A stretch of DNA of 46,065 nt, from positions 1 through 46,065 of the forward strand of contig CANNEW010000001.1 of the NCBI GenBank assembly GCA_947503685.1, written 5' to 3'. A program made the position numbers and the translations under genes. Positions within the stretch are counted from its first letter, which is position 1. Each line of letters opens with the position of its first letter. Under the pieces are notes generated by a model. That model did no database searches. It saw only the letters and a list, made by a program, of their open reading frames with translations, and was not told the DNA's origin. Shown piece by piece: positions 35,768 through 44,157 of this stretch. Source of the stretch: Comamonadaceae bacterium. GTDB lineage: Bacteria > Pseudomonadota > Gammaproteobacteria > Burkholderiales > Burkholderiaceae_C.

Positions 35768-36729
35768 GTTCTGGTCCCCTCGCCTTTACGTAACTGAGCC
35801 AGCAAGAACTTGGACAGCGACAAGATAACAAAAGTGATGAAAAACAAAACCAGGCCTAGGTACATCAACGCTGCCTGGTGCAAGCCTTCACCGGCCTCCG
35901 CAAATTCGTTGGCCAGCGCCGAAGTAATGCTATTGGCCGCCTGAAACAGACTAAGCGAATCGAGTTGGTTGAAGTTACCAATCACAAAGGTAACGGCCAT
36001 GGTCTCTCCGATAGCGCGTCCCAGACCCAACATAATGCCGCCAATCACCCCTGTTTTGGTATAGGGCAGCACCACGCGCGTTACCACCTCCCAGGTGGTC
36101 GCACCCAAACCGTACGCAGACTCTTTGAGCAGCGGCGGCGTGACATCAAACACATCGCGCATCACCGCCGAAATGAACGGGATGATCATGATGGCCAAAA
36201 TAATGCCTGCCGACAAGATACCGATCCCGACGGGGGGACCGGACACAAATGCACCCAAGTAGGGGACGCCATCGAATGCGCTTTGCAAAGGAATTTGGAC
36301 ATAGGTCGCCAGAACCGGACCAAACACCAGCAAACCCCACATACCGTAAACGATGGAAGGAACCGCGGCCAATAGCTCAATCGCAGTTCCCAAAGGACGC
36401 TTGAGCCATGCCGGAGACAACTCCGTCAAGAAAAGCGCAATCCCAAAACTCACCGGCACCGCAATCAGTAGCGCGATCAAGGAAGTCGCTACCGTGCCGT
36501 AAATCATCACCAGGCCACCAAAATCCTCTTTGACCGGGTCCCACACCGTACTGGTCAAAAAGGAAAGGCCATACTTGTGAATAGCAGGCCAAGCGCTGAT
36601 GGCCAAGGACAGCAAAATCGCTGCCAACAATCCCATCGTCAGCAAGGCTGCAGATTTGGCCAACCAGCCAAAAACTTGGTCCGCAAGCGGGCCGCTGAGC
36701 GCCCGCTTGGGGCTCGTAGTTTGGTTCAT
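35764..36729 (-). CDS. pstC: Phosphate ABC transporter permease PstC
   Basis: WDPV...[18 protein letters not shown] and [12 protein letters not shown]. Confidence 0.96.
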   Translation of the reverse strand: MNQTTSPKRALSGPLADQVFGWLAKSAALLTMGLLAAILLSLAISAWPAIHKYGLSFLTSTVWDPVKEDFGGLVMIYGTVATSLIALLIAVPVSFGIALFLTELSPAWLKRPLGTAIELLAAVPSIVYGMWGLLVFGPVLATYVQIPLQSAFDGVPYLGAFVSGPPVGIGILSAGIILAIMIIPFISAVMRDVFDVTPPLLKESAYGLGATTWEVVTRVVLPYTKTGVIGGIMLGLGRAIGETMAVTFVIGNFNQLDSLSLFQAANSITSALANEFAEAGEGLHQAALMYLGLVLFFITFVILSLSKFLLAQLRKGEGTRT

Positions 36730-36758
36730 AAAAAGCCCTAGCGTTCGGTTTTATACAT

Positions 36759-36804
36759 CCGGGCAAGCGCTATCCGTAACACGGCATCCCTGCGCTTGGC
36801 CCGG
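36759..36804 (-). other. GC-rich stem-loop between pstS and pstC
   Basis: CCGGGCAAGCGC (36759-70) pairs with GCGCTT-G-GCCCGG (36792-804) with a 1-nt bulge. Inner CCGT/ACGG stem. No U-tract. Confidence 0.6.
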
Positions 36805-36841
36805 TAAAGACTCGGCAAAAAATGCCTTTTAAAATTGCCTT

Positions 36842-37882
36842 TTATTTGTAGGAAATGACTTTTCCAGAAGTGTCTTTGATCTCTCCCCAGGCTTTCTGAA
36901 TGGCTGCTACGGCTGCTGGCGGCATCGGCACATAGTCCAGATCAGCAGCTGATTTCTCTCCGTTGGCGTAAGCCCAATTGAAAAACTTCAAGGCCTCGGT
37001 GCCGTTTGCGGGCTTGTCTTGGCTGGTATGCATCAAGATAAAGGTGGCACCGCTCAGAGGCCAAGAATCCTTGCCAGGCTGGTTGGTCAAGATTTGATAA
37101 AAAGACTTGGCCCAATCGGCACCCGCAGCGGCAGCTTTAAAGGTGTCGTCCTCAGGCTTCACAAAATTACCAGCAGCGTTTTGCACTAGGGCATAGTTCA
37201 GTTTGTTTTGCTTGACGTAGGAGTACTCTACGTAGCCCAGAGAATTGGGTAAGCGGGCCACGAAGGCGGCAACGCCCTCATTGCCCTTGCCGCCGGCACC
37301 AACGGGCCAGTTAACCGCTGTGCCCTCGCCGACCTTGGCTTTCCAATCGGGGCTGACCTTGCTCAGGTAATTGGTAAAGAGAAAGGTGGTACCCGAACCG
37401 TCGGCACGACGCACCTGGGCAATCGCGGTATCGGGCAAGTTCACACCAGGGTTGATGGCCTTGATCGCCGGATCATTCCAACGCGACACTTTGCCCAAGA
37501 AAATATCAGCCAGCAAGGGGCCAGTCAGCTTCAACTGTCCGGGCGCGATACCTGCAACATTGAGGATGGGCACCACGCCGCCAATGACGGTGGGGAATTG
37601 CATTTGTCCTTTGGTTTTCAGGACTTCATCGGTCAAAGGCATATCGGTGGCACCGAAATCGACGGTCTTGGAGTCGATTTGCTTGATGCCACCACCCGAA
37701 CCGATGGACTGGTAATTCACTTTAACGCCAGTCTGTTTGTTGTAATCGGACGCCCACTTGGCGTACAGGGGCGCTGGAAATGTGGCTCCGGCACCGGTGA
37801 TTTCCTGGGCCTGAACGCCTGTGGCGATGAACGCGCATGCCGAGGCCAGCGCGAGAAGGGAGCGGGGAGAAACGATCTGCAT
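36842..37882 (-). CDS. pstS: Phosphate-binding periplasmic protein PstS
   Basis: Signal peptide (VQA/QE), GAGATFP, YQSIGSGGG, DFGATD, RRADGSGTT and GKGNEGV. ATG 37882, since the longer ORF runs through the promoter. Confidence 0.97.
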   Translation of the reverse strand: MQIVSPRSLLALASACAFIATGVQAQEITGAGATFPAPLYAKWASDYNKQTGVKVNYQSIGSGGGIKQIDSKTVDFGATDMPLTDEVLKTKGQMQFPTVIGGVVPILNVAGIAPGQLKLTGPLLADIFLGKVSRWNDPAIKAINPGVNLPDTAIAQVRRADGSGTTFLFTNYLSKVSPDWKAKVGEGTAVNWPVGAGGKGNEGVAAFVARLPNSLGYVEYSYVKQNKLNYALVQNAAGNFVKPEDDTFKAAAAGADWAKSFYQILTNQPGKDSWPLSGATFILMHTSQDKPANGTEALKFFNWAYANGEKSAADLDYVPMPPAAVAAIQKAWGEIKDTSGKVISYK

Positions 37883-37916
37883 GGAACACCTTTTCAATGG
37901 TTGAGGGATGCAACAG

Positions 37917-37950
37917 ACTCTAAGCATCAAATATGACAAATGAGTGACAA
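37917..37950 (-). promoter_or_regulatory. Pho box + -10 of pstS
   Basis: Minus strand TTGTCAC-TCAT-TTGTCAT (37950-37933), 10-bp spacer, TAGAGT (37922-37917). Matches the PhoB consensus CTGTCAT-N4-CTGTCAY and its known position 10 bp above the -10. Confidence 0.88.
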
Positions 37951-38004
37951 AACAAGGATTCCTTCCTGCAAATGCCGTCCTCCATCGATCCAAACCCAAA
38001 CATT

Positions 38005-38038
38005 TTGTCATCAAATTGACATTTTTGATTCGTATCCT
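38005..38038 (+). promoter_or_regulatory. Pho box + -10 of the fasciclin gene
   Basis: TTGTCAT-CAAA-TTGACAT (38005-38022), 10-bp spacer, TATCCT (38033-38038), then GGAGG RBS and ATG 38063. Confidence 0.75.
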
Positions 38039-38062
38039 TGCTTTTTTAACCGGAGGTTACCT

Positions 38063-38563
38063 ATGTCCTATTTGTTCACTGTGCGCTTAGCGCGCCGCGC
38101 CGCGCTGGCATCTGCCGCTATTGCTTTGGTTAGCGCTTGCGCTAGCCTTCAAAAACCCGTCAGTCTGGCAGAAACGATCGCCAAGACGCCCGAATTGAGC
38201 ACTCTCAACGGCTTGGTGAAAACCGCCGGCTTGGCCGAGACGCTGCAAGGCCCCGGTCCATTCACCGTGTTTGCACCCAGTGACGCTGCATTCAAGGCGC
38301 TCAAGGCCGGAACATTGGAAAGCCTGAGCAAGAACCCAGCAGCAGTTAAGGACATCTTGCTGTTCCACACCGTCTCGGGCGCAGTAGCCTCCAAAGATGT
38401 GAAAAACAGCAACGCCAAAGCGGTCAATGGCGGTGCTTTGGCGCTTGCCAAGGCAGGCGATTTTGTGACCGTTGAAAACGGATTCGTCATCAAGGCCGAC
38501 ATCATGGCCAGCAACGGCGTCATCCATATCATCGACACCGTACTGACCCCGCCGAAAAAATAA
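38063..38563 (+). CDS. Single-domain fasciclin (FAS1) lipoprotein
   Basis: FAS1 H1 (GPFTVFAPSDAAF) and H2 (ASNGVIHIIDTVL) motifs, ILLFH at the YH position, and a lipobox-like LVSAC after a hydrophobic stretch preceded by RR. Confidence 0.92.
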   Translation: MSYLFTVRLARRAALASAAIALVSACASLQKPVSLAETIAKTPELSTLNGLVKTAGLAETLQGPGPFTVFAPSDAAFKALKAGTLESLSKNPAAVKDILLFHTVSGAVASKDVKNSNAKAVNGGALALAKAGDFVTVENGFVIKADIMASNGVIHIIDTVLTPPKK

Positions 38564-38571
38564 ACCTCAAG

Positions 38572-38600
38572 AATGGGGTGGCCGCCGCGGCCGCCCCATT
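38572..38600 (+). terminator. Strong hairpin 3' of the fasciclin gene (terminator or stabiliser, no U-tract)
   Basis: AATGGGGTGGCCG-ccg-CGGCCGCCCCATT: 13-bp stem with one G-U pair, 8 bp after the stop. Confidence 0.5.
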
Positions 38601-38752
38601 GCGTCCCACGTCGTCTCTAGCCCCTCAGACCGGTCTGCTTAGCGACTAAAGTTTGGGGCAGCTAAGTGCACACGCCCTGCCCCTTGCATGCCGCCCTTGC
38701 ACATCCAAGGTACTGCTATCCTTAGACGGATCAGCTTTTTGAATCATTTCCC

Positions 38753-40252
38753 ATGTCCTCTCCCACCCGCCTGGCCGCTATCGACCTGGGCTCCAATAGT
38801 TTCCGTCTGGAAATCGGCGTCATTTCACACGGCGCATTTGAACGAACCGAATATATAAAAGAATCTGTCCGCCAAGGCGCTGGCATGGACAGTGAGCGCA
38901 ACCTCACACCGCAGGCCATGCAAAGTGGCTGGGATTGTTTGGCTCGTTTTGGTGAACGCTTGGCCGGATTCAAAGCCCCGCAAGTGCGCGCCGTTGCCAC
39001 CCAAACGCTGCGTGAAGCGCGCAACCGCGATGCGTTTTTGGCACGAGCAGTCAAAGTATTGGGATTTCCCATCGACGTCATCTCCGGCCGCGAAGAAGCG
39101 CGGCTCATTTACAAAGGCGTCTCCCAACTGTTGCCCCCATCCGACGAGCGGCGTCTGGTGATCGATATTGGCGGGCGATCGACCGAGCTGATATTGGGTC
39201 AGAACCTACAACCGCGTGTAATGGAGTCTTTTCGCGTCGGCAGCATTGCCTGGTCCACCCGTTATTTTCCCGACGGGCAATGGCGGCGCAAGTCATTTGA
39301 AACGGCCGAAGTCGCCGCCAAGGCCGTATTGGATGGCGCCTTGCAGGCCTACCATCCCGCCCATTGGGACGTCGCCTATGGCTCGGCCGGAACCGTCAGC
39401 GCAGTCAGTGAGGCCTTGGCAGCGGGCGGCTGGACCGATGGCTTGGTGACTGCGCAAGGCCTGGACTGGCTCAAGGAAGTTCTCATAGAAACCGGCCAGG
39501 CCGAAGGTAGCAAAATCCCCGGTCTGCGCGAAGACCGCAAACCCATCATCGCCGGCGGTTTGGCAGTCACCCGTGCCGTGTTTAGCTTGCTGGGTATTGA
39601 AAGCCTCAGCCCCACTGCAGGCGGCTTGCGCCATGGCCTTTTGTGCCAGATGCAAGGCTCACGCGAGAGCGCCAGCGACCTGCGTAGCAATACGGTCGAG
39701 CGCCTGGCCAATAAATTCAATGTAGACCGCGCGCATGGCAGCCGTGTGGCTAAATTGGCTAGCCATTTGCTAGTGCAAATTTTGGGCGACCAAGCGCCAG
39801 ACCCTAGCGACGAGTCCAACCGCAGCATGCGCAAGCTGCGCTGGGCTGGCGAACTGCATGAGATCGGCAGCCATATTTCACACAGCGATCACCACAAGCA
39901 CGGCGCCTATATTTTGCAAAATGCCGATGCCATGGGTTTTGCTCTAGACGAATTGAAGCGGCTCAGCCTGCTGGTGCTAGGACACCGCGGCAAATTGCGC
40001 AAAATCGAAGCTGAGCTGGTCTTGGATGACTTGCGTGCCCAATTGATGGCGCTGCGCATTGCGGTGATTTTGTGCCACGCCCGGCGCGACCCGAGCATGG
40101 ACTGCGTCCAGATCTCGCAAAGCAAAGGCGTGGTTACAGTACGTTGCGATGCCCGCTGGGCCGCTGAGTTTCCCCAGTCCGCCTACTTGCTACGCGAGGA
40201 AGCCCTGGCTTGGCAGAAAACCGGTTGGCCCATGGAGTTCTTGGACACTTAA
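38753..40252 (+). CDS. ppx: Exopolyphosphatase (Ppx/GppA family)
   Basis: AAIDLGSNSFRL, VATQTLREARN, ISGREEARLIY, DIGGRSTE and HD-like LHEIG..ISH..HHKHGAY. Confidence 0.94.
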   Translation: MSSPTRLAAIDLGSNSFRLEIGVISHGAFERTEYIKESVRQGAGMDSERNLTPQAMQSGWDCLARFGERLAGFKAPQVRAVATQTLREARNRDAFLARAVKVLGFPIDVISGREEARLIYKGVSQLLPPSDERRLVIDIGGRSTELILGQNLQPRVMESFRVGSIAWSTRYFPDGQWRRKSFETAEVAAKAVLDGALQAYHPAHWDVAYGSAGTVSAVSEALAAGGWTDGLVTAQGLDWLKEVLIETGQAEGSKIPGLREDRKPIIAGGLAVTRAVFSLLGIESLSPTAGGLRHGLLCQMQGSRESASDLRSNTVERLANKFNVDRAHGSRVAKLASHLLVQILGDQAPDPSDESNRSMRKLRWAGELHEIGSHISHSDHHKHGAYILQNADAMGFALDELKRLSLLVLGHRGKLRKIEAELVLDDLRAQLMALRIAVILCHARRDPSMDCVQISQSKGVVTVRCDARWAAEFPQSAYLLREEALAWQKTGWPMEFLDT

Positions 40253-40277
40253 GGCCGCAGGCCAGATCGGCGCCACC

Positions 40278-40748
40278 TCAAAGCAAATCTGGCGACTGCA
40301 CGCTCAGAACGGTGGTTTCTTCTTCACCGTGGCGCGCACGGTAGCGTAACCACCACACCGCACCTTTTTTTACCGCGCAGGTTTGGCCCGGCATGGCCAA
40401 CAGTTGGGCGATCGCTTGGCCGATGGTAGGTTGATGCCCCACGACCAACACACAGGTGCTGGCATGCGGCCAGTTCACCAGCTGCAAAAGCTCATCTACG
40501 CCAGCCAAGGGGGCGAGCGCAGCATTGACCTTGTATTTGCGGTCCAAGGCCTTGGCGGTTTGCTCGGCGCGCAGTGCGGGGCTGCTGAACACCTTGGTGC
40601 CTGCTGGCAACTGCCGGTCCAGCCAAGTGGCCATGCGTTGCGCCTGTTTTTCGCCTCGGGGGCTCAAGGTTCTGAGCATGTCGTCGCCGACCAGTTCCAG
40701 GTCGATCGCTTCGGCATGGCGCCAAAACACCAGATCCATGGTACTCAT
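40278..40748 (-). CDS. sixA: SixA-type phosphohistidine phosphatase
   Basis: WRHAEA, D..R.LSPRG.KQA, SSPALRA.QTA and LVVGHQP. Start is ATG 40748 or 40739, or TTG 40766 overlapping the ppk1 stop. Confidence 0.85.
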   Translation of the reverse strand: MSTMDLVFWRHAEAIDLELVGDDMLRTLSPRGEKQAQRMATWLDRQLPAGTKVFSSPALRAEQTAKALDRKYKVNAALAPLAGVDELLQLVNWPHASTCVLVVGHQPTIGQAIAQLLAMPGQTCAVKKGAVWWLRYRARHGEEETTVLSVQSPDLL

Positions 40749-40762
40749 GCCGTGCCCGCCTT

Positions 40763-42877
40763 TCAATTGGTTTTGCCATAACGCGCCATCAGCGCGACTT
40801 GTGCAGAATGCTCAGCTAGTATCCCGCATCCACGTGACGCCCGATAACTGCCATCGGCTTGCATATCCCAGGCATCCAAACCATCGTGCAAATAGGCCAG
40901 CAGGCATTCGTCAATCAAGCGCTGGCGTTGCGCCGGATCGTTGATCGGCCAGGCCAACTCCACCCGACGCACCATATTGCGGTTCATCCAGTCTGCGCTG
41001 GACAAATAAAGCGCATCGTGCATGCCCTGGCGAAAATAGTAGACCCGCGAATGTTCCAAAAATCGACCGATAACGGAGCGCACCCTGATGTTGTCTGTGA
41101 AGCCCTTTACTTGGGCCGGCAACATACAGACGCCGCGCACAATCAAGTCAATCACTACCCCACGCTGACCGGCTTGAATCAGCGCCTGGATCAAATCCAA
41201 GTCCGTCAAGGAATTCATTTTCAATACGATGCGGGTAGACTCTCCCTGGGCCGCCGCCTTTGCCAAGGCCTCTATTTTTGCTAGCAATCGCTCGTGCAGA
41301 TTAAACGGTGCCATCCACATTTTTTTCAGGCGAGGCAATCGGCTCTGACTTGCCAAATGGATGAATACGTTTTCCATGTCCTTGGTCAACACCGGGTCCG
41401 CGCTAAGGTGGCTGATATCGGTGTACAGGCGAGCAGTGCGTGGGTTGTAATTTCCCGTGGATAAATGGCCATAACGCCGCAGTACTCTGCCTTCCAGCCG
41501 CGTCACCAGCAGCATCTTGGCATGGGTTTTCAGTCCCACGACGCCATACACCACCTGGGCGCCAATCGACTCCAGCATTTCGGCCCAGTTGATGTTGGCC
41601 TCCTCGTCAAAGCGCGCCTTGAGCTCGACCACCACCGTCACCTCTTTGCCCTTGCGCACCGCCTCGCGCAACAAATCCATCAAGGCCGAATCAGCACCGG
41701 CGCGGTAAATCGTTTGCTTGATGGCCAACACATTAGGGTCATTCACTGCGGCACGCAAAAAAAGCAAGACGGCTTCAAAGCTTTCAAAAGGGTGATGCAA
41801 AATCACATCGCCGCGCTGCAGTTGCTCAAACACGTTGGACCCAAGATTCCATTGCACCGGAACCGAGGCCTGATAGACAGGAAAACACCATTGCGGACTG
41901 TCTAGCAAATCGATCAACTGCGTCAGCCGCAACAAATTGACCGGCCCGCTCACGCGGTACAAAGCCATCGCCGGAAGATCAAACTGTTCAAGCAAAAAAT
42001 CCGACAAATGCCTGGAGCAGCCGGCCGATACCTCCAGGCGCACTGCCTCGCCATAATGCCGATGCACCAAACCCTGGCGCAAAGCGGTACGCAAGTTTTG
42101 CACCTCATCCTCGTCCACGGACAGGTCTGAATGGCGTGTTACACGGAACTGCGAGAACTGCTCAACCACGCGACCTTCAAACAACTCGTCCAAATGGGCG
42201 CGTATCACGCTGGTCAAAGCGACAAAGACGGACTTGGAGCCCGCCACTTTTTCTGGCAAACGGATGATTCGCGGCAACACGCGAGGCACCTTGACGATCG
42301 CGATCTCATTGCTGCGTCCAAAAGCGTCCTTGCCCCCTAGTCGAACAATAAAGTTGAACGCTTTATTGGCCACCTGCGGGAAGGGGTGCGCCGGATCGAG
42401 TCCGACCGGAATGAGCAGCGGGCGCACCACACGCTCGAAATACTGCTTGACCCATAGGCGTTGCGCCGTATTGCGGTCGCCGTGCGAGACGATTTTGATT
42501 CCACAATCGGCCAGCGCCGGCAAGATCGCATTGTTATACAGCGCATATTGCCGCTCTACCAAGGAATGCAAGGACTCGGACAGGCGATCAAAAGAGGCCT
42601 CGGTATAGCTACCCCGCTTGTCGCCAGTGCGCTTGGCTGTGAGGTGAGGCTCGGAGCGAACCTCAAAAAATTCGTCCATATTGGAAGAGACTATGCACAC
42701 ATAGCGCAAACGCTCCAACACCGGAACGTCCTCCCGCGCGGCCCAACTTAAAACCCGCTCATTGAAGGCCACCAGGCAGTGGTCGCGGTCTAATAGCTCC
42801 GGATGCTCAGCGTCGTGAATGGCCTGACTGGTATTTTCCAATGCAATGATCTCCTCTTTTTCCTGCGAAACCAGCAT
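40763..42877 (-). CDS. ppk1: Polyphosphate kinase 1
   Basis: FNERVL, SSNMDEFFEVR, DPAHPFP, LHHPFESF (phospho-His), ELKARFDEEANI, KTHAK, RFLEHSR and SSADWM.RN. Start uncertain (42841-42904). Confidence 0.96.
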   Translation of the reverse strand: MLVSQEKEEIIALENTSQAIHDAEHPELLDRDHCLVAFNERVLSWAAREDVPVLERLRYVCIVSSNMDEFFEVRSEPHLTAKRTGDKRGSYTEASFDRLSESLHSLVERQYALYNNAILPALADCGIKIVSHGDRNTAQRLWVKQYFERVVRPLLIPVGLDPAHPFPQVANKAFNFIVRLGGKDAFGRSNEIAIVKVPRVLPRIIRLPEKVAGSKSVFVALTSVIRAHLDELFEGRVVEQFSQFRVTRHSDLSVDEDEVQNLRTALRQGLVHRHYGEAVRLEVSAGCSRHLSDFLLEQFDLPAMALYRVSGPVNLLRLTQLIDLLDSPQWCFPVYQASVPVQWNLGSNVFEQLQRGDVILHHPFESFEAVLLFLRAAVNDPNVLAIKQTIYRAGADSALMDLLREAVRKGKEVTVVVELKARFDEEANINWAEMLESIGAQVVYGVVGLKTHAKMLLVTRLEGRVLRRYGHLSTGNYNPRTARLYTDISHLSADPVLTKDMENVFIHLASQSRLPRLKKMWMAPFNLHERLLAKIEALAKAAAQGESTRIVLKMNSLTDLDLIQALIQAGQRGVVIDLIVRGVCMLPAQVKGFTDNIRVRSVIGRFLEHSRVYYFRQGMHDALYLSSADWMNRNMVRRVELAWPINDPAQRQRLIDECLLAYLHDGLDAWDMQADGSYRASRGCGILAEHSAQVALMARYGKTN

Positions 42878-43035
42878 ACGCGCTTGTGCGTGCTGGCCCA
42901 CCACGCGCTACTGTAGCGCAACGGTGCCTCATACAGAAAAACAGCAGATCAACAAGACAGGCGATACCGGCGCCCTATGACGTAAGTCAAGCTCTCACCC
43001 CGCCTGGGGCCGGTAAGACCCCAATGCAAAAGAGT

Positions 43036-44040
43036 TTATTTGACGATTACCGGGTGCACCGTAAACACATTGACGCTCGCTGGGTCCACCACCACGCGAA
43101 CCCAATGCAGGCTTGGGCTGCCAAAAGTCTGCAAGCGCGTGAAATTGGGCAGCAGCTTGTTGGGGCTGTACATGGGCTTGTCTAATTTGAAGTAATGGGT
43201 GTCGCCGTGGACAAACAAGACCTGACCGGCGTATTGCTCGGTTTGCTCCACCAGCTTGGACATGAAATGGCGATAGCCGCTAACTGCCGGCTCCTTGCTT
43301 TCATCGAACTCCTCGGTTTCAGGCAAATCAAAGCCCGGGTCGCCCTGGGTGACCACTACGATGCCGACCGCATTTTGCGCCTTGGCGGCGGCAAACGAAG
43401 CTTGCATCCAGGCCACATTGGCACTGTCGCGCTCCAGGTATTCTGCGTTGGAGGCATCGCACTTCGCGCTGTCACGTGCGCTTTTGTTTTTGCATTCCTT
43501 CTCGCTCAGGATCAGGTTGTTGTTGCTGCCCGGCTGGTTAATGCCGACGAACACCACGCCACCGTGCGCAAAGCGGGTGTTCTCTACAAATTTTTCACCT
43601 AGCTTGCCTTGGTGCTCTAGGGCGATCGTGCTTTGCCCCAGGCTGTTCAGCGTAGGGAACATGACTTTGCGAAGGTAGGACAAGCGCTCCAAACCATCGT
43701 AGCCGCCGTTGTTGGTGCGGTGGCAATCGGTCCACTCGTTGTCGCCGGGCACATAGACCACCGGTTTGACCATGGTGCCAAACATTTTCAGCGCATCGGT
43801 GTACACATCGTCGGTGCACTTGGAACTGCCATCCTTGAGATCACCGTCGTACAAAGAGAAGGCGATATCCGAACGGTTGATGCTTTGCAAGACTGCGGGC
43901 AGCTTGGCATCGTCGCCTGCTTTTTTATAGGGCATATCACCCCACAGGCCAAAGCTAAAGGGCTTGGCCGGGCTTTGCGCCCAGCTGACGGAGACCTGTG
44001 CAGCCACGATGGCCGCAACACAAACAGCTTTGGAAAACAT
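43036..44040 (-). CDS. Secreted calcineurin-like metallophosphoesterase-fold protein, substrate unknown
   Basis: Sec signal peptide (MFSKAV...SWA/Q). Five spaced motifs GDMPY, YDGDLKD, PGDNEW, VVTQGD and HGDTH in metallophosphoesterase order. GGAG RBS before ATG 44040. Confidence 0.78.
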   Translation of the reverse strand: MFSKAVCVAAIVAAQVSVSWAQSPAKPFSFGLWGDMPYKKAGDDAKLPAVLQSINRSDIAFSLYDGDLKDGSSKCTDDVYTDALKMFGTMVKPVVYVPGDNEWTDCHRTNNGGYDGLERLSYLRKVMFPTLNSLGQSTIALEHQGKLGEKFVENTRFAHGGVVFVGINQPGSNNNLILSEKECKNKSARDSAKCDASNAEYLERDSANVAWMQASFAAAKAQNAVGIVVVTQGDPGFDLPETEEFDESKEPAVSGYRHFMSKLVEQTEQYAGQVLFVHGDTHYFKLDKPMYSPNKLLPNFTRLQTFGSPSLHWVRVVVDPASVNVFTVHPVIVK

Positions 44041-44068
44041 AAACACTCCGGAAAAAAAGATAGGGAAC

Positions 44069-44102
44069 AAGGTAACCGCATTGCATGACACGGGCGTGAC
44101 GA
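44069..44102 (-). promoter_or_regulatory. Pho box + -10 of the phosphoesterase gene
   Basis: Minus strand TCGTCAC-GCCC-GTGTCAT (44102-44085), 10-bp spacer, TACCTT (44074-44069). Confidence 0.7.
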
Positions 44103-44157
44103 CCTCTAACCCCAAACAAATGTTGCAAAAAAGGCACAGGCAATCGGTAATTACCCT

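Noticed and set aside
37883-38062. ORF-track N-terminal extensions of pstS (to 38014) and the fasciclin gene (from 37940), which would make them overlap
   Set aside because: Signal peptides and RBSs place the starts at 37882 and 38063. The extensions run through the Pho-box promoter region.
42954-42983. Possible Pho half-sites upstream of ppk1 (minus strand ACGTCAT and CTGTCTT)
   Set aside because: They are 23 bp apart rather than 11 or 22, with no matching intermediate half-site.
44041-44115. Longer TTG start for the phosphoesterase
   Set aside because: It would include the Pho box and -10. ATG 44040 has a GGAG RBS and gives a normal signal peptide.
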